Source: Felis catus (taxonomy: Eukaryota). Taken from it: a stretch of DNA of 64,000 nucleotides. The notes under the pieces were generated by a model that did no database searches, had not been told where the DNA came from, and worked only from the letters and a program-made list of their open reading frames with translations. Of the stretch, positions 12,660 to 20,772 are shown one piece after another. Location of the stretch: positions 121,584,001-121,648,000 of the forward strand of contig NC_058368.1 in the NCBI RefSeq assembly GCF_018350175.1, in the 5' to 3' direction. The stretch's first letter is position 1. Each line of letters begins with the position of its first letter. The position numbers and the translations under genes are program-made.

Positions 12660-12745
12660 GGAGCCAGGCGGGGCGGGGCAGGCCCGGAGAGGCCAGGCCC
12701 GACCGGGGTATAAATGCTGTGGCGGGGGCGGCTGTGGCGGGCGCA
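12660..12745 (+). promoter_or_regulatory. POU4F3 core promoter: tandem GC boxes and TATA box
   Basis: GGCGGGGCGGGGC at about 12667-12679, TATAAA at 12709-12714, about 300 bp upstream of the ATG and inside a CpG island. Confidence 0.75.
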
Positions 12746-13011
12746 CAGACGCGCGCCTAGAGCTGCTGCCTGGCCTCGCCTCCCGGGCCGCCCCTGCGAG
12801 TCCCGGGCGCGTGAGCACGCCTGCGCGCGCCCGGGCCCTTCCTGGCAGGCTGCTTGTAAGATGAGTGAAGAAGCAGGTGGGGGAGAGGGGAGGCAGCGAG
12901 CGAGAGGGCGAGGGGAGCGCGGGCGCTGAGCGGCGCTCACTTGGAGCGCGGCGAGCGAGCGAGACGAGCCTGATCCATGTCCCTCGCTGCCTCCCTGCCA
13001 GGCGCGCGAAG

Positions 13012-13131
13012 ATGATGGCCATGAACGCCAAGCAGCCTTTCGGCATGCATCCGGTGCTTCAAGAACCCAAATTCTCCAGCCTGCACTCCGGTTCCGAGGC
13101 CATGCGCCGAGTCTGTCTCCCAGCCCCGCAG
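13012..13131 (+). CDS. POU4F3: POU4F3 coding exon 1 (40 aa, MMAMNAKQPF...VCLPAPQ)
   Basis: ATG at 13012 in context gaagATGatg. The translation matches the known POU4F3 N-terminus. The exon ends CAG|GTACGT (donor at 13132, phase 0). Confidence 0.97.
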
Positions 13132-13448
13132 GTACGTACTGGAGCATAATTACCGCTCTAAGGCACATTTTTTGACAGGCACTAGCTTCATGTTTTTTTC
13201 ATGTCGCCCAGAACAATCGCCGCTGTCTGAACCCCTCTCCTTGTCTCCCCCGCGCTCTCTCCCGGCGCGCTCTCTCTCTCATTCATGTCTCTCTGATCCA
13301 CACGTCTGTTCCAGCAAAGCCTCTGTCTCCGTATTAATTTTTATGACCTGGGCTTTGAGGAGAGGCATCTCGGTTGCTTGAAAATGTGTTTTAATCCTGA
13401 GTTGACAGTATTCCCCACTGACCGTGCTGTGCGCCTTCTCGCTTGCAG
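13132..13448 (+). other. POU4F3: POU4F3 single intron (317 bp, GT-AG)
   Basis: GTACGT donor; branch-point-like cactgac near 13416-13422; pyrimidine tract and CAG acceptor. Joins the two exons in frame. Confidence 0.93.
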
Positions 13449-14345
13449 CTGCAGGGTAATATATTTGGAAGCTTTGATGAGAGCCTGCTGGCACGCGCCG
13501 AAGCTCTGGCGGCGGTGGATATCGTCTCCCACGGCAAGAACCATCCGTTCAAGCCCGACGCCACCTATCATACCATGAGCAGCGTGCCCTGCACGTCCAC
13601 TTCGTCCACCGTGCCCATATCCCACCCGGCCGCGCTCACCTCACACCCACACCACGCCGTGCACCAGGGCCTCGAGGGCGACCTGCTAGAGCACATCTCT
13701 CCCACGCTGAGCGTGAGCGGTTTGGGCGCCCCCGAGCACTCGGTGATGCCGGCGCAGATCCACCCGCATCACCTGGGCGCCATGGGCCACCTGCACCAGG
13801 CCATGGGCATGAGTCACCCACACGCCGTGGCGCCTCACACCGCCATGCCCGCGTGCCTCAGCGACGTGGAGTCGGACCCGCGAGAGCTCGAGGCCTTCGC
13901 CGAGCGCTTCAAGCAACGGCGCATCAAGCTGGGAGTGACCCAGGCGGACGTGGGTGCGGCTCTAGCCAACCTCAAGATCCCCGGCGTAGGCTCGCTCAGC
14001 CAGAGCACCATTTGCAGGTTCGAGTCTCTCACTCTCTCCCACAACAACATGATCGCGCTCAAGCCGGTGCTCCAGGCCTGGCTGGAGGAAGCCGAGGCCG
14101 CCTATCGAGAAAAAAACAGCAAGCCAGAGCTCTTCAACGGCAGTGAGCGGAAGCGCAAACGCACGTCCATCGCAGCGCCGGAGAAGCGCTCGCTCGAGGC
14201 CTACTTCGCTATTCAGCCGCGGCCCTCATCCGAGAAGATCGCGGCCATTGCTGAGAAACTGGACCTTAAAAAGAACGTGGTGAGGGTCTGGTTTTGCAAC
14301 CAGAGACAGAAACAGAAACGAATGAAGTACTCGGCGGTCCACTGA
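13449..14345 (+). CDS. POU4F3: POU4F3 coding exon 2 (298 aa + TGA): rest of the POU-IV box, POU-specific domain and POU homeodomain
   Basis: Acceptor ttgcAG|CTGCAGGGT. Contains LLARAEALAAVD (POU-IV box), DPRELEAFAERFKQRRIKLGVTQADVG (POU-S) and RKRKRTSI...VVRVWFCNQRQKQKRMK (POU-HD). Spliced total is 338 aa ending YSAVH*, with no frameshift. Confidence 0.98.
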   Translation: MQGNIFGSFDESLLARAEALAAVDIVSHGKNHPFKPDATYHTMSSVPCTSTSSTVPISHPAALTSHPHHAVHQGLEGDLLEHISPTLSVSGLGAPEHSVMPAQIHPHHLGAMGHLHQAMGMSHPHAVAPHTAMPACLSDVESDPRELEAFAERFKQRRIKLGVTQADVGAALANLKIPGVGSLSQSTICRFESLTLSHNNMIALKPVLQAWLEEAEAAYREKNSKPELFNGSERKRKRTSIAAPEKRSLEAYFAIQPRPSSEKIAAIAEKLDLKKNVVRVWFCNQRQKQKRMKYSAVH

Positions 14346-15562
14346 CTGCGGCGGGGCGCGGCGTCCGGGGCCGGGGCCGGGAGAGCGGAGTGTATGCCAC
14401 CCCCCAGAGTGTGTGTGTGGGGGGAATGGTTATGGGGAACTCCAAGACGTTTCCTGGCAGGTCAGGCTGTCTCCCCCGATGCCACAGACTTTCCCCTTTA
14501 TCCTACCTGGTTGCCTCCCGGACTTCTCTTTCTCTTCTTTCCTTTCCATTGCCACCTGAAAAGTTATGGCGCTAAGAAAAAAATTCCTGAAGGGCAGGCC
14601 CGGAGTGGCAGGCGCTGTCCGTGGTGCTGAAAAATCTCCCTTGCGCGCTGGACTGCGAAACCACAGGGCAGGAGCCCCAATGCAGGGGACAGTGAACTGG
14701 CCCCGACCACACTACTCCGGGGTGAAGGCGCCACTTTGCTAAGCGTGATTAGACAAAGGTGAAGGGATGGGAAGGCAGTGATAAACACTAATACAAAGTC
14801 TAACTGGGGCACAAACATGTACTGGAGATTTATTTAGAGTATATAAAATACATGTATGTTTCCAAAGGATAGCCTTATACTCCTTTCCTCTCCTAAATTC
14901 TATCCATCTCATCCTTTGGTTTGCTGTAAGTTCTCTAAGGTAGCACGGACTAGGTTCAGGGAAAGTGTGCGTGAAGTTGCGAGGTCCCAGCTGTTCTCTG
15001 CGGTAAGTCGGGCTCCCTAAAAGATGGGCTCAATTTTGGCGACTGAAAATGCCGGGATCTCAAAGCTGGTTGCAAGCAACTGCCGGCAACTGCTCTAGCG
15101 CATCCTCCAAGATCTGATGGTGTTTGAGGGGGTGATTACTGCCTGCTGGAGGGGTGGGATTGGTAGTGTTCCGGTCGGACTGAGGACTCTCTGCCCCCAG
15201 CTCGCTCCTGCAGCCAGATTTCCAGCGCAGCATAGAGGCGGCTTTTCGAAAGTAATTGTAACTTCTCTGGATCATATGCAAGTCCTTCTAACACATCTAA
15301 CCTCATTGCGATTTTATTATTGTTGTTGTTGTTAGCATTGTTATTGGCTATTATTTATTTAACTCTGCTTCTTTCCATCCCCCTTACATGGGTGTCTCCT
15401 GGTGGAGGTTCACTTGTGATTTGGAGCGGAAAGAGGAGCCAGACTGCTGGCCTGGACCCTTCTCACCGCCCCTCCTCTGGCCCCACCACATTTTATCTTT
15501 CGTTGCTTCATGTAATTCGCGTGTTGCTGTGTGACCTTGGTTTTGTTCTCCAAATAGATACA

Positions 15563-15618
15563 AATAAAACATTAAGTTTTCTTCTCTATTTACCCCTTGA
15601 ATTAACTCCTAAAATAAA
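15563..15618 (+). terminator. Candidate POU4F3 polyadenylation signals (AATAAA at 15563-15568 and 15613-15618)
   Basis: These are the first canonical AATAAA hexamers I see after the stop codon, followed by T-rich downstream sequence. They imply a 3'UTR of about 1.2 kb. Confidence 0.55.
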
Positions 15619-16489
15619 TGCTTTATTTTTCAACCCGAATCACAGTGCTTTTCTTTCTCAGAGGCTAAGGAGTACTAGTCTTGGAAAGGATTTAAAAGTG
15701 AGGACCCATAAGGGCTGGGTTCTCGCTTCTGGTAGGCCAGTGTCTGGCCATCTCTCCCCTCTTCCACGCAGCTGCACCTTCTCACTCAGATCTCCTCTAG
15801 GGAGAGCTGGCCGTTCTTCTCTGGACCTCGAGGTTACAAGGCACTTCCCTCCACACTTCCCTGCATGTGAATCTATCAGCCTCTGTTCGGTCAACTAGAC
15901 TCAGATCCACTGCAAACTTTGAAGCCTGACTGATGACAGTAGGAGCGCCTAGTACTTGCACTCATTGGCTGAATGATCCTGAAGCCAGTTTCTTACCTTC
16001 TCTAAGGCTCGGATTGCTCTGCTCGCCTGCAGGATTAAGATGTTAATATTTACCTCACAAAGTTATTGTCAAGATTAAATAAGATTGTTTATTTGAGGCA
16101 TTTGGTAGCGCCTGGTGCTCAAGATGAAACATTATTTTAAAAGATTCAAGTGGCCTGGCAGGAAGTGGGTGGATAGAAGCAAAGAGGGAGGAAAGTGCTC
16201 TTTCCTGGGACAGAGTCCGTTGGGGCCCCTTCGGGGTCATTTCAGAAATTCATTTAAAATTGTCACCCAAGAGCTTACTCAATTCATGGTCTATCTCATC
16301 TTCTCTATGAGGAAGGGGGTGCTAAATGGTACATCTGCTGTCAAGATCCTAGCCTAGTGCCCTGCGCACAGTAGGTGCTCAAAAGATGGCCATTCCCTTT
16401 TCTTTCACTCCCTCTAAAAGGGGGAAGAAACCTTTTTATTTGTGAGCCACAGGAACACCTTCATGATTTAAAAATTAATGTTCCAAGTC

Positions 16490-17400
16490 AGGGAGTCGTC
16501 TGCACGCTTCCCCTCTGTGTCTTCAAAGAGGTCTGGGTCATCAACTCCCGGCCGAAATTCGGAGCAGAGCGGGTCTCCCCTCCGCGCAGTGCACTCCCTC
16601 TGCGGCAAAAACAAACCTAGGGATCGCCCCCAGCCCCTGGGCCTCAATCCCTCGCCCCCACCGAGCGCAACAACCCCAGCGATGCCTCCACCTCCTTCTC
16701 CATCGGGTGTCCTTTAATAATAAATGCCCTTATGCCATTACATTATATTGTGGGTTTTGAAAATTTAAAATACGGCTGATGCAATATTAATTGCCTATAG
16801 TGGTATAAAACACAGGGCCGGAGCCCAGCCGGGCTGCAGAGGAGGCGGCCGTGAGCGTCCCGCGCCGAAGTGAAGCGCTCCAGACAGACGCGCCTTTGCG
16901 GGCTGCGAGATTTCCTGCAGGTAAGAGCCTTCAGCTTTTCTGGTCCGGGAAAGAACCCGATATCCGCCGCCTCCATCTCCTTTCTGAAAAGTTCCCTGCT
17001 GAGATTATATATATATATATATATATATATATAACCTCAAAAGTTTGGAAGACTTTTTTTTTTTTTTTTTGGAGAGGGCGGAATGAGCAGCCCGAAAATA
17101 AGATCTGCGCTATTACTGGACTGGCTGGGTTGTGAGTCGCACGCTCACCTCTGCGCCTGGTCCGCTTCAGGCGCCGGGACTGTCCAAGCGTACCGGTATT
17201 TCGACCAATTTGCACCTGCGGGCGGGAGCTGCGGCCCGGTCCACGACGCGCCCCACCCTCTCCCACCCACTGAGTGCGCCGGGTCGGCGCCGCTGCCTCT
17301 CTCCTTGGGCTCTCTCAGGAAGCAACGGGAGCTGTGGTTTCTCCGGAATTGTGCAGTCGCCTCTGCCCCTCCTCCGGGGCGGAGGCATAGTCCTCTCAAG
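16490..17400. promoter_or_regulatory. Downstream CpG island containing TATAAAA (16804-16810) and a splice donor (16921)
   Basis: CpG-rich blocks at 16490-16700, 16815-16975 and 17080-17400. Confidence 0.65.
17006..17033. repeat. (TA)14 microsatellite
   Basis: Read directly from the sequence. Confidence 0.95.
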
Positions 17401-19639
17401 AGTGGAGGGTGGGTAGGTACCAGCCGGTTTGGGGTTCACATAGGCCTGGTTTGCATCCTGGTGTGCCATTTCCTAACCGTGTGACCTTGGGCAAGTCACA
17501 TCACCCCTGGAAGCCTCTCTCCATGGCTGCAAAACCACAAACATAATTTTTGAAGAGTAACTGAAAAACACTCCGGAGCAGATTTTCCTTTGCAAAATAC
17601 TGCCAATTTGCAACATTCACTGTCCCCGCCCAGCTGGAAGTTTCTTTAAACTGGGCCAAGAGAAAGGAAGGCCAACGTTCAGGACTGTTTGTATGGAAAG
17701 GTGCACTGGGCCTTTCAAGGTGGGATTTTGAGAGTCATCTGCGGACTAGGGAAAGGCTTCTAGGCACGTGGCTGTCTGGAATTAGGATGTGACCCCTGAA
17801 TGAACCATGCATACAAAGGCCCACATGGGTGAAGCCTTGATGGGCAGAACATGCATGTGGGAATCCTGGGCTCCTGGGTCTGGGCTGTGTGATCTCTGGC
17901 CAGGAGCTTCCTTTCTCTGTGCCTAATATTTACCAGTTTTATTCACTGTTTTATACCCACTGCCCAGCTCAGGATCTGGCCCAGAGTGGCAGACGATAGG
18001 TATCTGTCAAATGAATGGATGAATGAATGAATGAATGAATGAGGCTTTGGTTTTGTAAACTGAAAGGATCCTTTTCCAGCCCAATCCTTTCTAGATTCTG
18101 CAGACTGTAGGGGAACACAGAGACCATCAAGTAGAGACAAGGGGGTGAGGTCAGGGTCAAGGTGGTGATCTGCATCTCCAGAGTCCATTCAAAGGTGGCC
18201 AGTTTCCTTCCTACTTAGATTAGAAGAAGCCTTGCCTCACTCTGTGTTTATCATGGGTACAGAAGGGGTCCTCTGTGACATGGGCCCTCAGAACCTAGAG
18301 GGGGAATCAGGGAGGAGGATCAGGAGGTGACCTCTGCCCTGCCTGACACTCTCTTCGCCCTTCAGCCTGGTTTATTTTACTTTCCTGCTGAGATGGTAAC
18401 AACTGTGGCGCTGGGGTGGACGGACTTGGGGTGGGACACCTACTCCATCTCTTAGACCCTTTAACTTCCTGAGCCCCAGTGCCCTCATACATAAAATAGG
18501 AAAAAAGGCTATCTTTCAGATTGCTGTGATGAGTATCACACAAGGCCAGGGCCCGACACATAATAGGCATTAACGGATATTTAATCTTTTTCAAACATAA
18601 CTTAGACAAGTGAGAGTTGGCGTTCCAGGGACAAAATAGGGGCTTGGCCTCGGCCGGGATAAACATTTTCCCTCTCTGCGCCACAGTGTTCACCTATACA
18701 ACGAGAGCAGTAACAGGGACTACCAGCTCCCGATGTGGTTGTTAGTGGTAAACCAGAAAGGGTAGAAGTAATCTCTTTGCAAACGGTGTGTCCCAGGCAC
18801 GGAAGGCACGATGTAATTCGCTCTCCTGGAGTCCACCCTGAGAATCCGAGTTCCCACTGAGAAACTTGACCCCTATTTCGGCTGCTTGAACTCCCAACTT
18901 CGGCTGCTTGAACTCGGAGCAGAATCCTTGAACTCCTTTGCAGAATCCGGGCATACATCAACCTTTTGATTGTGGGGAAACTCAGCACAACCCTCCCTCC
19001 CAAGGGGCGGGCTCCAGTAGGCAGAGGAGGCGGGGGTCGGGGGATGGTGGGGTCTCTGACTCGTTCTCCCGGGCCCAGCTCCCGCCTCTGGGCTAGGCGT
19101 CAGAGTGCGTCAGCCTTAGGGCGCCCTCTTTTTTTTTTTTTTTTTTTTTTTTTACCGAAGGAGAGACTGAGGCCCAGACTGGGGCGGAGGCTCCTTCTAC
19201 CTTAGTTTGTTCTTTTCCCCAGTCACCCTATCTTACTACCCTGTTGTATTTCTTTCTTAGTCCTTATCATTCCCTGTTAGCACCCTGTTTATTTATTTAA
19301 CAGTAAATGAGCTTTGGGGCAAGTACACCTGCATAACCCGCCTCCTGGAACCCTCGCAGAGCCTCCCAGAGAGTGCACGCTTCACTAACGTTTGTTGGAA
19401 AAGTGAATAATAATATCTAACATGTATTAAGGGCTTCCTGTATGTCAGGTAGTGTTCCAAGCTCGTAATGAACATTAACGCATTAATCCTTAAACAACAC
19501 AAGCAGGTACCATTTTAAACCCCATTTTACAGATGAGAACTTGGAGGCACAGAATGTTTATGTAACCTGCCCGGGACAAGTCGTTATATGGCAATTCGGT
19601 GGAGAGATCTGGCCAAACACCTGCTTCTTAGCTTCACTG

Positions 19640-20420
19640 GTCCCCTAGTGAGACGCAGCCGCGTCAGGGGGCAGGGAAGGGGCGGCCGCCGGGATTAGAG
19701 GTGGAGCAGGCGCGTCAGGTTTGGCGGAAGGTGCGGAGGGAGCAGGGGTGGCCGTGGCGTAAGCCGACGAAGCCAGCCGTCCTCGCCGGGTTTTGGAGCC
19801 CTCCACTCGGCGCTCCATCTGCGGGTCTCTCCCTCGCGATTTTGCGCCGCCTCCCATGTCTCGGTTACTATCGGTGTCCGTGTGTTTGCCTGTCTCCCCC
19901 GCAACCCGCTCTTAGTTTCCCTTCACCCTCACGGGCGCCAAAGCCTGACCCCAAAGCGCGGGAGCGACTTGGCTGCGTCCTCTCGGCTCGCAGAAAGCCC
20001 CTTTCCCCTCTTTCGTCTCTTCCGCCGAGCTGCGGGAGCCTCCTGCGGTAACCCCGTCCCGGCGGGCGGAAGGAGCCAGCGAGGACCCCGGCAGACGATT
20101 TAGCCTCGCCTCTTCGATCGCTCTTTTCCGAGCAGGTCAGGTTTCCCTCCACCCCCCGACGGCGCTTCCGCACTCGCTCCGCTCCCAGGACTCCCCGGCG
20201 GGGTCAGGGTTCGCCCCGCTCCTCCCCTCGCCTCCGGAGGGGGCTTCCTCTACGCGGCTTTCCGGCCTGGGGAGCCCCCCCCCGGCGTGCGAGAGGGGCG
20301 TTGCAAAGAGACGGGAGGGCGGCCAGGCCCAGGCTCCTCCTGGGGAGTCCTCCCCACCCGTTGTTTTCTGTCTCCAGCGCGTGGAGGACTTGTCTCCGTG
20401 AGACGTCGGTTCTCTGCCTC
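19640..20420. promoter_or_regulatory. Orphan CpG island
   Basis: About 800 bp of very high CpG density with no recognisable coding exon. Confidence 0.8.
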
Positions 20421-20717
20421 TTCATTCAGCCCAGCACTGCCCAGCCTGGCACTGGAGGCAAACTGGTACCGAAACAGCACTGTCTCTCTCTGAGTTTGAG
20501 TTTTAGGATTTCACACACACACAAAATCCTAGTGTTCATCTTGGGATAATCAAATTTTCCTGGACTTCTTTATACATTTTTAGGATTGATACTGTTTTTA
20601 CTGTGTATTATCTAGGGAGGGAGCATCACGGTAGTTTCAAGAGGTCTCTGGACGAATCCCACCTCCATTACCATATCTCTTTTTCCTCCACTCACAGGCC
20701 CTCTACCCATCCCGAGA

Positions 20718-20728
20718 GCGCGCGCGCG

Positions 20729-20771
<43 letters not shown>
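20718..20771. repeat. Compound (GC)10(AC)17 microsatellite
   Basis: Read directly from the sequence. Confidence 0.95.

Positions 20772-20772
<1 letters not shown>

Larger units (their letters stand above)
11470..14390. promoter_or_regulatory. CpG island complex over the POU4F3 upstream region, promoter and gene body (densest at 11470-11820 and 12200-14390)
   Basis: Visibly high GC content and CpG density compared with the CpG-depleted flanks. Confidence 0.85.

Noticed and set aside
12865..13011. Apparent 49-aa in-frame N-terminal extension of POU4F3
   Set aside because: It begins at a GTG, not an ATG, and the known protein starts at MMAMN. Non-AUG initiation cannot be supported from sequence alone.
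12212..13168. 318-aa minus-strand ORF antisense to the POU4F3 promoter and exon 1
   Set aside because: GC-rich, stop-poor CpG island sequence that reads through the (CA)n repeat (HTHTHT). No domain is recognisable.
15320..15898. 192-aa ORF with a hydrophobic, signal-like N-terminus
   Set aside because: It starts at TTG in a (TTG)n/T-rich tract of the 3'UTR. The hydrophobicity reflects base composition.
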